From contig JAYNIA010000006.1 of NCBI GenBank assembly GCA_038108555.1, positions 1 through 64,000 on the forward strand: a stretch of DNA of 64,000 bases, in the 5' to 3' direction. The translations under genes and the position numbers were made by a program. Position 1 is the stretch's first letter. The number at the start of each line of letters is the position of its first letter. The stretch is from Nitrospinota bacterium (GTDB taxonomy: Bacteria; Nitrospinota; Nitrospinia; Nitrospinales; VA-1). Under the pieces are notes generated by a model. It was given only the letters and a program-made list of their open reading frames with translations. It was not told the DNA's origin and searched no databases. Below, one piece after another: positions 48,194-58,574 of the stretch.

Positions 48194-50613
48194 TGTCGAG
48201 AAAATATATTTGTATCCACGCCCATTTTTATCAGCCTCCAAGGGAAAACCCCTGGACTCAGGAAATTGAAATCCAGGATTCCGCAGCTCCATATAAAAAT
48301 TGGAATAAAAGAATCACGGAAGAATGCTATGCACCCAACGCAAAAGCCCGAATACTCGATGAAGATTTAAGGATTAAAAAAATTGTAAACAATTATTCGA
48401 GGATAAGTTTCAATTTTTCTCCTACACTTTTGAGTTGGCTTGAATCGAATTCTCCTGAGACTTATCAGGCCATTCTTGATGCGGATAAGGAAAGTCAAAA
48501 ACTATTTTCCGGGCATGGTTCAGCCTTGGCCCAACCCTATTATCACATGATAATGCCTCTGGCTAAATCTTCCGACAAATTGACTCAGATAATTTGGGGG
48601 ATAGAGGATTTTAAACTCAGGTTTAAGAGAGAGCCTGTCGGGGTATGGTTGCCAGAAACGGCTGTGGATATCGAAACCCTCGATTTTCTTGCAAATGAAG
48701 GCATTCGTTTTACGGTGCTTGCGCCTGGCCAGGCCAAGAAGATAAGAAGCAGTGAAAATTCGAACTGGATGTCGGTGAATGAAGAAACTTTGGATACAAC
48801 ACGTCCATATAAACAGAAACTTCCATCTGGGCGGGAGATAAGTATTTTTTTCTATAATAAAAATGTGTCTCACCAGGTTGCATTTGAGAATCTGCTCAGC
48901 AATGGAGATAAATTTTTTAATAACCTGATTTCGCAGTTTTCAACTGATAGTGGAAAGACGGAATTGGTCCATCCAGCAACAGATGGTGAAAGTTATGGGC
49001 ACCACCACAAATTCGGTGAAATGACTTTGGCCTATACGTTGGACCGGTTAATGAACCATGACTCCTATTCCCTGGTAAATTATTCGAAATATTTGGCCGA
49101 CTATCCGGCAACCTGGGAGGTGGGAATACTGGAAAATACATCCTGGAGCTGTGCGCATGGAATTGAGCGTTGGCGAAGTGATTGTGGTTGCCATACCGGG
49201 GGAGAGGAAGGCTGGACCCAAGCCTGGAGGAAACCATTGCGAGAAGCTCTTGATGAATTGCGAGAACAGCTAGATAAGAAATTTGAAGAAACATTGAACC
49301 CGTTATTAAAAAATCCCTCTGAAGCTAGAAATGAATTTGTCCAATTAATACTTCATACGGAGAGCGTAGAAAAGTTTTTAGGTAAACATGCTTCCTTCAG
49401 GTTGGATGCCTCCAAAAAAATAAAAGTTTTAAAATGGATGGAGATCCAACGCCATGCCATGCTGATGTACACTAGTTGCGGTTGGTTCTTCAACGATGTG
49501 TCAGGAATTGAGACAGTGCAAATCCTTCGCTATGCCTCGTATGCTCTGGATTTGTATTCGCAGTTAGATGGGGTTTCTTTGGAATCCTCTTTCATAGAAA
49601 CCTTGAAAAAGGCTCGAAGTAATATTCCTAAGTGGAAAAGCGGGGATTTTATTTATAAAAAAATGGTGGAATCCACTCGGGTTGCAAACGAACAAATTTT
49701 TACCTGCGGTTTGGCGGCAAACCTACTTAAGAAGTCAATCCTGGAGATTCCTGTCGGCTCCAATTCCGTCTTAAATATAAGTAGTGATAAAACTTCTAGC
49801 GGTAAGTATGAAATTATTTTTGGTAAGGGAGATATTGTAAAGGACAATACTTTAGAAAAAGTTTCCATGGATTATTTTGTTCTTCATGACGGCGATGGTG
49901 ATTACAAGATATTTGTATTGCCAAGTGTAGAAAAAAATAAGGAAATCCGTGAAAAAATTTTGTCAGTGTTTGAGAAGAAGGGTTATAAAGAAACTTTGTC
50001 CTTACTTTTGGAGAGCTTTGGTCCCCCCTGCTACCCGGATCGAAAAATATTTCATAAATTTTACGACAACCTTGCAGATGAGATTGGGCAGGAATTTTGG
50101 GCTAAAAATAGAAATTTAAAAAAAGAAATGTTTTCATTCCAGAAAAACTTGCTGCTCCTTCATAACAGGTTGGATACACCGCTTCCCTCAGACTTCGATA
50201 AATTTTCTGGGTTTTTCCTGATTGAGCAATGGAAGGAAATTTTAAATTCTCCTGAGAATTCTCTGGAGAAAATACAGCATCTGATAAAATTTTCCAATGG
50301 GAACTCCCTGGACACCCTGGAATTTAAATCCATTTATCAGGAAAGAATAAAACAGGTAATCAAAGATATTGAAAAACACCCTGAAGATATGGAAAAGCTA
50401 GATTGCTTGAATTCACTGCTGGGATTATTGGATTTTATTCCAATGAAATTAAATTTGTGGAATGCCCAAAATGAAGTTTTTAAAAAGGTCATTCCTCAAT
50501 ACATGGAATTAAAGAAAAGAAAATCGGATGGTGAACAAAATGTGGACGAATGGGTTGATAAAATCGAATCTGTACTGAATTATTTAAATATTAGTAAAAA
50601 AGTATCTTTATAA
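48193..50613 (+). CDS. GH57-family glycoside hydrolase with DUF3536
   Basis: HAHFYQPPRENPW, WLPETAVD, ATDGESYGHH, SWSCAHGIERW, MYTSCGWFF; TAATG coupling to glgB. Confidence 0.85.
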   Translation: MSRKYICIHAHFYQPPRENPWTQEIEIQDSAAPYKNWNKRITEECYAPNAKARILDEDLRIKKIVNNYSRISFNFSPTLLSWLESNSPETYQAILDADKESQKLFSGHGSALAQPYYHMIMPLAKSSDKLTQIIWGIEDFKLRFKREPVGVWLPETAVDIETLDFLANEGIRFTVLAPGQAKKIRSSENSNWMSVNEETLDTTRPYKQKLPSGREISIFFYNKNVSHQVAFENLLSNGDKFFNNLISQFSTDSGKTELVHPATDGESYGHHHKFGEMTLAYTLDRLMNHDSYSLVNYSKYLADYPATWEVGILENTSWSCAHGIERWRSDCGCHTGGEEGWTQAWRKPLREALDELREQLDKKFEETLNPLLKNPSEARNEFVQLILHTESVEKFLGKHASFRLDASKKIKVLKWMEIQRHAMLMYTSCGWFFNDVSGIETVQILRYASYALDLYSQLDGVSLESSFIETLKKARSNIPKWKSGDFIYKKMVESTRVANEQIFTCGLAANLLKKSILEIPVGSNSVLNISSDKTSSGKYEIIFGKGDIVKDNTLEKVSMDYFVLHDGDGDYKIFVLPSVEKNKEIREKILSVFEKKGYKETLSLLLESFGPPCYPDRKIFHKFYDNLADEIGQEFWAKNRNLKKEMFSFQKNLLLLHNRLDTPLPSDFDKFSGFFLIEQWKEILNSPENSLEKIQHLIKFSNGNSLDTLEFKSIYQERIKQVIKDIEKHPEDMEKLDCLNSLLGLLDFIPMKLNLWNAQNEVFKKVIPQYMELKKRKSDGEQNVDEWVDKIESVLNYLNISKKVSL

Positions 50614-50632
50614 ATAATTAATTCTCAAATAA

Positions 50633-52123
50633 ATGGAAAATAAGAGAAAAAGTGGAATCCTGTTGCATATAACCAGCTTGCCCTCCCGTTTCGGAATAGG
50701 AGATTTGGGGCCCGGGGCTTACCGTTTTGTCGAGTTTTTACAGCAGGCGGACCAAAAAATTTGGCAGTTTTTGCCTTTAAATCCCACAACAGTGGGAGAC
50801 TCTCCCTACTTCAGCCCTTCTGCATTTGCCGGTAATTATTTGTTAATCAGTCCCGAAAAAATGGTCGAGGACGGATGGCTGAATGCATCTGACATTGATA
50901 ATGTTCCTGCTTTTTCTGATGGGAAAGTTGAATATGAGAAGGTTGGAAAGTGGAAACAGCGGTGTTTGAATATTGCATTTGAGCGCGCTGCAGATTTGAA
51001 TGGAAATTATGAAAAATTTTGTTTTGAGAATAATTTTTGGCTGAATGACTATTCCATATTCATGGCACTGAAGGAACATTTTGGCGGTACTGCCTGGGTG
51101 GACTGGCCGGAAGAATATAAGAAAAGAGATGCTGCCGCATTGAGTGATGTGAAGGGAAAATTGCGGATGGAAATTGAGTTTGAAAAATTTACGCAATTTC
51201 TGTTTTTTGAACAGTTGAAAAGTTTGAAAGCGTTTTGTAATGAACACGCGGTCAAAATATTTGGAGATATGCCAATCTATGTCACTCATGACAGCTCGGA
51301 TGTCTGGGCTAATCCGGAAATTTTTAAGCTTGATGAAAAGGGAAACCCTTGCCTGGTGGCAGGAGTTCCCCCTGACTATTTCAGTGAAACCGGGCAGCTT
51401 TGGGGGAACCCGGTTTATAACTGGGAAGCGTTAAAAAAGGAATCCTACAAATGGTGGATGCAGCGGTTAAAATTTAATCTGGAAAAAATGGACTTGATGC
51501 GAATCGATCATTTCCGGGGGTTCGTTGCTGCATGGGAAGTGCCCGCTGGAGATGAAACCGCAGAAAATGGAAGCTGGAAAACTGTTCCAGGATCAGATTT
51601 TTTTTCAAAGGTGATGGATCAATTCCCCGATGCGTTAATTGTGGCGGAAGACCTTGGCATTATTACAGAAGATGTTCGTCAATTGATGGATCATTGCGGT
51701 CTTCCTGGAATGAAGATTCTGGTCTTTGCATTTGATTCAGATTTGGAAACCAACCCCTATCTTCCCCACAATTATTCAGAGAATTGTGTGGTATATACCG
51801 GAACTCACGATTGCAACACAGTGAGGGGTTGGTTTGAAAATGATTTGCAACCCGAACAAAGATCAAATTTGTTTGAGTATCTGGGGAAAAAAGTATCTGC
51901 TGATGAAATTTCAGGGGAATTGGTTTGCCAGGCGATGAACTCAAAAGCCCGCTATGCAATTTTATCTATGCAGGATGTTTTGGGATTAGATGGAGATGCA
52001 CGTTTAAACTTCCCGGGAACGAAAGAATCCAACTGGCAGTGGCGGATGTCCGCATCAAGCCTGACTCCAGAATTGTCCGAACGATTAGCCCTTTTGGTTC
52101 GCGAGTCTGGCCGGAGCGGGTGA
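50633..52123 (+). CDS. malQ: 4-alpha-glucanotransferase (amylomaltase, GH77)
   Basis: GILLHITSLP, GVPPDYFSETGQLWGNP, RIDHFRG, AEDLG, YTGTHD. Confidence 0.93.
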   Translation: MENKRKSGILLHITSLPSRFGIGDLGPGAYRFVEFLQQADQKIWQFLPLNPTTVGDSPYFSPSAFAGNYLLISPEKMVEDGWLNASDIDNVPAFSDGKVEYEKVGKWKQRCLNIAFERAADLNGNYEKFCFENNFWLNDYSIFMALKEHFGGTAWVDWPEEYKKRDAAALSDVKGKLRMEIEFEKFTQFLFFEQLKSLKAFCNEHAVKIFGDMPIYVTHDSSDVWANPEIFKLDEKGNPCLVAGVPPDYFSETGQLWGNPVYNWEALKKESYKWWMQRLKFNLEKMDLMRIDHFRGFVAAWEVPAGDETAENGSWKTVPGSDFFSKVMDQFPDALIVAEDLGIITEDVRQLMDHCGLPGMKILVFAFDSDLETNPYLPHNYSENCVVYTGTHDCNTVRGWFENDLQPEQRSNLFEYLGKKVSADEISGELVCQAMNSKARYAILSMQDVLGLDGDARLNFPGTKESNWQWRMSASSLTPELSERLALLVRESGRSG

Positions 52124-54580
52124 AGGATTTGCTGGATCGATACCCCATATATCTTTAGCGTATTCTGCTACAGATCGATCGCTCGAGAAATAACCCATAT
52201 TTGCGGTATTTAATATGGATTTTCGAGTCCACGAATCTGAATCCTGATATTCCCTGGCGACTTTTTCATGGCATTCCAAATAGGATTCCAAATCAGCAAG
52301 GACCAGATAATGATCGTTATGACTGAAAAAATAGTCAGAGATGGGTTGGAATAATTCTGGTATATCGGGTGAGAAAAACCCGTTTCGTATCTGGTCGAGA
52401 GCTTCTTTGATTTCCGCATTGTTTTGGTAAATTCCCCTTGGGTCGAAACCCTCGTGCTTTTTCTTTTGCGCTTCTTCTGCATTGAGGCCAAATATAAAAA
52501 TATTTTCTTCGCCGACCTCCTTTAAGATTTCTACATTGGCCCCATCGAGTGTTCCAATTGTTAGCGCTCCATTCAAAGCCAGTTTCATGTTTCCCGTTCC
52601 TGATGCCTCCATCCCTGCGGTGGAAATTTGTTCAGATAAATCTGAGCCGGGAATAATGACTTCGGCCACACTCACGGAATAGTTGGGGATAAAAATCACT
52701 TTTAACCTGTCTCGGATGGCAGGGTCGTTATTGGTTTTTTCTCCAACGGCATTGACAAGTTTGATAATCAGTTTAGCCATGGCATAACCAGGAGCCGCTT
52801 TTCCTGAGAAAATTTTGGTGTATGAACCGGTAACACTGTCCGGGTTTTTTACCAGGCGATTATATAAAATGATGCAATGTAAAATATTTAACAACTGCCG
52901 TTTGTACTCATGGAATCGCTTGATGTGGACATCAAAAATGGAACCCTGATTGACAGTGATTCCTAGTCTTTCTTGTATAAGGCTGGCAAGTCTTTCCTTG
53001 TTTTTTCTTTTTACCTCTCGCCATTTTTCGCGAAAGGCCGGATCTTCGGCTTTGGGTATAAGCGATTGAAGTTTGAAAAGATCTTTTACCCATCCGTCAC
53101 CAATATTCTTATTAATTAAATCGGAAAGGTCGGGATTGCAGGATTTTAACCATCGTCTTTGCGTGATTCCATTGGTTTTGTTGTTAAAACGTTCTGGGTG
53201 CAACTCGTAAAAATCACGGAACACATCTTTTTTAAGAATGTCTGAGTGAATTTCCGCGACACCATTTAAGGAATGGCTTCCGATGATCGCTAAATGCGCC
53301 ATGCGAATAGATTTTGAAAACCCTTCTTCAACCAGCGACATTCGCCGGACGCGTTCAATGTCATCTGGAAACTTTTCTCGTACTTCTTTTAAAAGGTGAT
53401 CGTTTATTTTGTAAATAATTTGTAAATGTCGCGGTAACAGTTCCTGCATCAAATCAAGTGGCCATTTTTCCAATGCCTCGGGGAGAACCGTGTGGTTGGT
53501 AAAACCAAAAGTAGGTACCGTGATATTCCAGGCCTCGTTCCAGGAAAACTTTTCTTCATCTATCAGGATGCGCATAAAGTCTGCAATTGCCAGGGCGGGA
53601 TGGGTGTCATTCATTTGAATGGCGACCTTTTCCGGAAAAAGAGAGAAGTCAGAATGCGATTTTTTAAATCTTCTGATGATGTCTTGCAATGAAGCAGAGA
53701 CAAAAAAGTACTCCTGCTTCAGCCTTAATTTTTTTCCATTGCGGTTTGCATCACTTGGGTAAAGGACTTTGGAAATTATTTCGGTGTTGTGTTTATCTTT
53801 CAGGGCTTCAAAATAGTCTCCTTCATTGAATAGTTTGAGATCCAATTCCAGATCCGAACGCGCTCCCCACAATCTTAAATTGTTGACGGTCTGATTTTTA
53901 TAACCGGGTACCGGGATGTCAAATGGCATGGCCATTACCCGGGAGGTATCGACCCATTTGTATTCGGGTTCTCCTCTTGAGTTGAGAGTTGTTTCAACTC
54001 TTCCCTCAAATTGAACCGGATAGAGGAACCGGGGACGGGGGATTTCCCAAGGGCTGCCTCGCCGCAACCAATTATCAGCCGTTTCCACCTGGTACCCATT
54101 AATTATTTTTTGATAAAAAATGCCGAATTCATATCGAATTCCATAACCCCATACGGGGACACCCAGGGATGCAAGCGATTCCATAAAGCAGGAAGCGAGT
54201 CGTCCGAGACCACCATTTCCCAACCCTGCCTCTATTTCCATTTCCTCTAGTTCGCCCAAATCATAACCCAGTTCTTTCAGGGCTTGGCTGAACTCATCGT
54301 AGAATCCCAGGTTGATCAGGCTATGATTGAGCAGACGGCCTATCAAAAATTCCATAGAAAGGTAATAAACTCTTTTAGAGTCATTTTCATAATAGGAATG
54401 CTGGCAATCCAACCATTTCTTGATCAGGCGATCCCTTACGGATAAAGCAAGGCTGGTATAAAGATCCCTCTTTGTAGCTGATAAGGTGTCGTCAGCAAGT
54501 GAATATTTAAGGTGAAACTCAAAGGATTTTTTTAAGGCTTCTACGCTGGTTTCGTCTGCCCAGTCCTGATTCTTTTCCAT
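52085..54580 (-). CDS. glgP: Glycogen/starch phosphorylase
   Basis: YYLSMEFLIGR, GLGNGGLGRLA, NDTHP, TNGITQRRW, KRFHEYKRQ, PLP site EASGTGNMK. Confidence 0.95.
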   Translation of the reverse strand: MEKNQDWADETSVEALKKSFEFHLKYSLADDTLSATKRDLYTSLALSVRDRLIKKWLDCQHSYYENDSKRVYYLSMEFLIGRLLNHSLINLGFYDEFSQALKELGYDLGELEEMEIEAGLGNGGLGRLASCFMESLASLGVPVWGYGIRYEFGIFYQKIINGYQVETADNWLRRGSPWEIPRPRFLYPVQFEGRVETTLNSRGEPEYKWVDTSRVMAMPFDIPVPGYKNQTVNNLRLWGARSDLELDLKLFNEGDYFEALKDKHNTEIISKVLYPSDANRNGKKLRLKQEYFFVSASLQDIIRRFKKSHSDFSLFPEKVAIQMNDTHPALAIADFMRILIDEEKFSWNEAWNITVPTFGFTNHTVLPEALEKWPLDLMQELLPRHLQIIYKINDHLLKEVREKFPDDIERVRRMSLVEEGFSKSIRMAHLAIIGSHSLNGVAEIHSDILKKDVFRDFYELHPERFNNKTNGITQRRWLKSCNPDLSDLINKNIGDGWVKDLFKLQSLIPKAEDPAFREKWREVKRKNKERLASLIQERLGITVNQGSIFDVHIKRFHEYKRQLLNILHCIILYNRLVKNPDSVTGSYTKIFSGKAAPGYAMAKLIIKLVNAVGEKTNNDPAIRDRLKVIFIPNYSVSVAEVIIPGSDLSEQISTAGMEASGTGNMKLALNGALTIGTLDGANVEILKEVGEENIFIFGLNAEEAQKKKHEGFDPRGIYQNNAEIKEALDQIRNGFFSPDIPELFQPISDYFFSHNDHYLVLADLESYLECHEKVAREYQDSDSWTRKSILNTANMGYFSSDRSVAEYAKDIWGIDPANPSPAPARLANQKG

Positions 54581-54789
54581 CTTGGATTATTTATAGGGTT
54601 AATAGAGTTTTCAAAGGTAAAAATGGTGCGAGACAGTATTGATAATTTTTATACTATATTAAAATTTAAAAAAATGCATGGGTTTGGTTAAAAGTGGTAA
54701 AAATGGTGGTGTATTGGATTTTTGCCGGGGAAACCTAAGCTCTTTTTTCCTGTAAAAAATAAAAATTAAATCCTTGGGAAGTTTATAAC

Positions 54790-55596
54790 ATGCGAAAGTT
54801 GCTTGCAAAGATAAAGGTTTTGATTTTTATCTTTTTTTTATGTTTTGGGGGATGTCAGATGAATTCTGACTCTGACCCGGTGCCGCTTGATCGGGTTGTG
54901 ATTGCCATTGATGCCACTTTCATTCCCATGTCTTTTATGAACACTGAAAACGAATTGGATGGTTTTGAGGTCGATTTAATAAAGGAGGTCGTTCGGGAGG
55001 CCAATTTGGAATACGAACTGGTGAATGTAGAATGGGGCGGATTATTCGGGGGTTTGATCACAAAAAAGTTCGATTTAGTAATAAGTTCTGTGGGAATTAT
55101 TGAAGAGAGAAAAAAAAGAATGGCGTTTAGTATTCCCTATTTGCAGAGTGGGGCGGCCGTATTGGTTAGAAACGATATTGGAGAGGTTGGGTCTCTTGAA
55201 GAACTGGAAAAGTTAAACGCCCGGGTGGGGGTGCAAATTAATACCACTTCTTATTTCTTCCTGGAAAAATTTTCAGGGATAAATATTAAAACATTTGAAA
55301 AATTCGGTCATGCTGTGATCGATTTGGCTAACAAAGGGGTGGATGCGGTGGTGGGGGACTCGGTTCAGGTCAATTACTTTTTTAAAAAGAATAAGGATTT
55401 GGAAGGACGGGCCCGATTCCTGGGTTCGAGAATGACATCAGAATTTTATGGAATTGTTATGCGAAAAGAAGATGGCCGGCTAAAAAGTAAAATCGATTCA
55501 AGTTTAACTCGCCTTTTGAAAAACGGTACCCTGGAACGGTTGCATAAAAAATGGCAGTTGGGAGGGTTTGCAACCGTCCCACATGTTTCCTCTTAG
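54790..55596 (+). CDS. Amino-acid ABC transporter substrate-binding lipoprotein (family 3)
   Basis: Lipobox FGGC; DATFIPMSF, GFEVDL, ERKKRMAFSIPY. Confidence 0.85.
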   Translation: MRKLLAKIKVLIFIFFLCFGGCQMNSDSDPVPLDRVVIAIDATFIPMSFMNTENELDGFEVDLIKEVVREANLEYELVNVEWGGLFGGLITKKFDLVISSVGIIEERKKRMAFSIPYLQSGAAVLVRNDIGEVGSLEELEKLNARVGVQINTTSYFFLEKFSGINIKTFEKFGHAVIDLANKGVDAVVGDSVQVNYFFKKNKDLEGRARFLGSRMTSEFYGIVMRKEDGRLKSKIDSSLTRLLKNGTLERLHKKWQLGGFATVPHVSS

Positions 55597-56864
55597 ATTA
55601 TCAGGCAACCTGCAATGCACCCTGTAAGTAAAGTTGCGAGAAAGGCTGTCCACAAGGCCTGAAACCCTATCAGCGATATTTCGTTGGCTCGGGAAGGGAC
55701 TAATGCGGTAAGTCCTCCCACAAAAATTCCCATACTTGAGATATGCACAAAACCGCATAAGGCATATGTCATTATAGTCATCGAACGCAGAGAAAGGGTG
55801 GTTTCTGTTGCCTGTATGGATGCGAGTGAAAAGTAAGCCGATACTTCTGTTTCAATAAACCGGGAACCGAGAATTTGTGAGGCGACTTGCCATTCTTCAG
55901 GTTTTAGTCCAAGCAATACAGAAAAAGGAAATGTGATCCACCCAAGCAGGCGTACTGCAGATAGAGGTTGTCCCTGAAAGTTTGGAAGGGAGCCCAGAAT
56001 AAGATCGAATAAGGCCTCCAGACCCAAAACGATTATCAGGACCGTAGCGATCCCCACCGCCATTTTTACACCCTGAGTTCCACCGTCCACCAGAGCGCTC
56101 ATTAAGCCGGAGTGTTGTGATTTATCGTTTTCTGAAATGCTGCCGAATGTTTCTGGTTGTTCCTGCTCTGGGCAAAAAAGCTTGCTGACCAAAATAGAAC
56201 AGGGAATGGAAATCAGGGAGGCAGAAACAAGGTGCCCTGCAATATTGGGAAAAACTTTTTGCAGTGCAATGACATAGATTCCCATGACGGTGCTTGCAAC
56301 CGTCGCCATCATGCAAGTCATCAAAGTTAATAATTCCGATCGCGTCATTCCCTGTAAATAAGGTCTTACGGTTAACCCGGACTCAATTCCAACAAATAAA
56401 TTGGCTGACGCAGAAAGCGCTTCTGCTCCCGATAAGGAAAGGATTCTATGAAAGATTTTTGCGAATAGACGAACAATTTTTTGCATGATCCCAAGGTGAT
56501 ATAAACCTCCCAAAAGTGCGGAAAAGAAAATCACTGAAGGAAAAACCTGGAAAGCAAGTACAAAACCAATGGATGGAGTTCCGTCCGGCAGGGTTTGTCC
56601 GGGTCCCAAAGCAAGAGGACCAAAAAGGAACACTGCTCCTTTATGAGATGCGCTTAACAAAGAGATTAGGGTGTCATTTATCCATTGCAGGGCAGATCTT
56701 GATGCGGAAAACCAAAAAGTCAAAACTCCCAATACCCATGCAAGAAAAAGGCTTCCAAAAACAGTTTCTAGCTTTACCTTTTTACGTGCGCCCGTGACCC
56801 AGGCGATTTTCAAAAGAATGAAGAAGCCGCCAAACGAAACCAAACGATAATTAAAATCTTCCAT
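55593..56864 (-). CDS. NupC/CNT-family nucleoside transporter
   Basis: FAFQVFPSVIFFS, ANLFVG.E, MATVA, YALCGF. Confidence 0.88.
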   Translation of the reverse strand: MEDFNYRLVSFGGFFILLKIAWVTGARKKVKLETVFGSLFLAWVLGVLTFWFSASRSALQWINDTLISLLSASHKGAVFLFGPLALGPGQTLPDGTPSIGFVLAFQVFPSVIFFSALLGGLYHLGIMQKIVRLFAKIFHRILSLSGAEALSASANLFVGIESGLTVRPYLQGMTRSELLTLMTCMMATVASTVMGIYVIALQKVFPNIAGHLVSASLISIPCSILVSKLFCPEQEQPETFGSISENDKSQHSGLMSALVDGGTQGVKMAVGIATVLIIVLGLEALFDLILGSLPNFQGQPLSAVRLLGWITFPFSVLLGLKPEEWQVASQILGSRFIETEVSAYFSLASIQATETTLSLRSMTIMTYALCGFVHISSMGIFVGGLTALVPSRANEISLIGFQALWTAFLATLLTGCIAGCLII

Positions 56865-56926
56865 AAACAGGTTTTTGGGTTAGGGGAGGGGGTTGGTCAT
56901 GGATTAGAATTAGAACTATTATTTGT

Positions 56927-57949
56927 TTGTATGGCTATTTTGTTTTTACTACGGAAAAATTTCAGGTTTTTGTTTTGAAAAAGAAAATTTCTTTGGTTTT
57001 TATCTGGGTCATTGTCGCATATTTTCTATACGAATTCTTTAAGACTGTTGATTTTGACCGGTTCTGGAAGGAAATTGAAAACGCAAGTGCTGGATGGCTG
57101 GTGATAGCATTTATTTTTAATTTTTCAATTCTTATAGTTTGGACCTCATTATGGTCTGTTCTAATTCCCGGGAACATTTTTGTTTCTTTTTCTAAATTAT
57201 TTCAAGCAAACACCTTTATGTCCAGTTCCTGCAATACCCTTCCTTTTCCGGGGGGGCATGCGGTGGGTCTGGTTTTGTTGGCCAAGGTGGCAGAAATAAA
57301 ACATTCTGTGGCGTTATCTATTTTGGCTCTCGATCAGATGATGGAGGGGATTGTCAAAGTGGTTGTCCTAACCCTTGCGGCAAACTTTTCTCCCTTGCCT
57401 GAGAAAATGCAACAGGGGATCCAGTTTTTTATTGTCCTGATCGTGATTTTTACAGGGTTCATGTTTTATGCTGCTCATAAAGTTCCAAACTTGAATATTT
57501 CAGATCGCGAGAAATCCTCTTCCCTTATTTTCAAGTTTAAAGAATTTCTTTCGCAATGGGCCGGGCATTTGGAATTGCTAAAGAACCATAAAATATTTAG
57601 TAAAGGTTTGTTTTTGGCTTTGATGATGATGGCTCTGCAGACAATGGGAATTTGGGCCACACAAATGAGTCTGGGTCAAGAGCTTCCTTTTTGGGCAACT
57701 ATTCTGGTGATGGCGGCTTTGAACCTTGCCACCATTTTCCCCCTGACTCCGGGTAATTTTGGAATTTATGAAGCCACCGCATTTTTAATTTATAAATTTT
57801 CAGGGTTGTCTCCGGAAATTGCATTGAGCCTGGCATTTTTGCAACACGTTTGTTTTCTAGTACCTATGGCAGGTACGGGATGGTTGGTGCTTTTGTTCCA
57901 ATCTCTGAGCACCATGAGAGGGAAAAACAAGGATTTAGGCAATTTCTGA
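56927..57949 (+). CDS. LPG-synthase TM-domain putative flippase
   Basis: Multi-TM; NTLPFPGG, PLTPGNFGIYE, AFLQH; start uncertain. Confidence 0.72.
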   Translation: MYGYFVFTTEKFQVFVLKKKISLVFIWVIVAYFLYEFFKTVDFDRFWKEIENASAGWLVIAFIFNFSILIVWTSLWSVLIPGNIFVSFSKLFQANTFMSSSCNTLPFPGGHAVGLVLLAKVAEIKHSVALSILALDQMMEGIVKVVVLTLAANFSPLPEKMQQGIQFFIVLIVIFTGFMFYAAHKVPNLNISDREKSSSLIFKFKEFLSQWAGHLELLKNHKIFSKGLFLALMMMALQTMGIWATQMSLGQELPFWATILVMAALNLATIFPLTPGNFGIYEATAFLIYKFSGLSPEIALSLAFLQHVCFLVPMAGTGWLVLLFQSLSTMRGKNKDLGNF

Positions 57950-58290
57950 TATTGTTTTTGATGGATAGCTTCAAGCCTATGATTTTTTTGAATTAAATGT
58001 TTCAAAAAACTTGCCTTGCGATTTTATACGGATTTATTACAGACTTTCTAAGTAGTTTTTTTTGATCCATTTAAGTTAGGTAGGAAGGTGGTTTTATGTT
58101 AAGATTTGCTGTGAAAATGGGGGAAGGTGTCGTAGAAAATTTATCAGTAGAACCCTTAATGTAAATTAATTTTTACCAGGGGAAATTTGCTAGGATTTTA
58201 CTGGAACGGTTTAATGTTCCAACGGCCCAGACCCTTAAGATTACGGGAAGAAATTTTTTCCCATTTATTTATTGTTGGAGGTTATTGGGT

Positions 58291-58491
58291 ATGGCTGAAG
58301 GAAAAGTAAAATGGTTTAATGACAGCAAAGGGTATGGGTTTATCGAATCAAGCGATGGCGAAGATTGTTTTGTTCATTTTTCTGAAATTCAGGGAGAGGG
58401 ATTCAAAACTTTAAAAGAGGGCCAGGAAGTAGAATTTGAAAAAAGCATGGGGCAAAAAGGACCGCAAGCATCAAAAGTGATTCCAAAATAA
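58291..58491 (+). CDS. Cold-shock protein
   Basis: [45 protein letters not shown]. Confidence 0.95.
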   Translation: MAEGKVKWFNDSKGYGFIESSDGEDCFVHFSEIQGEGFKTLKEGQEVEFEKSMGQKGPQASKVIPK

Positions 58492-58508
58492 ATTTCTTGC
58501 GAAATTGC

Positions 58509-58544
58509 AAAACCGACAGGGCGCTAGGTCCTGTCGGTTTTTTT
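58509..58544. terminator. Intrinsic terminator after the cold-shock gene (likely bidirectional)
   Basis: AAAACCGACAGGG-CGCTAGG-TCCTGTCGGTTTTTTT. Confidence 0.8.
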
Positions 58545-58574
58545 GTTTAAACTCACCTTTTTTATTTTAGTTTT

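Noticed and set aside
48193..50613. GH57/DUF3536 gene as a decaying pseudogene (some motif residues look non-consensus)
   Set aside because: The frame is intact and the catalytic-type motifs (WLPE, ATDGE) are retained; the deviations rest on memory of the consensus and need an alignment.
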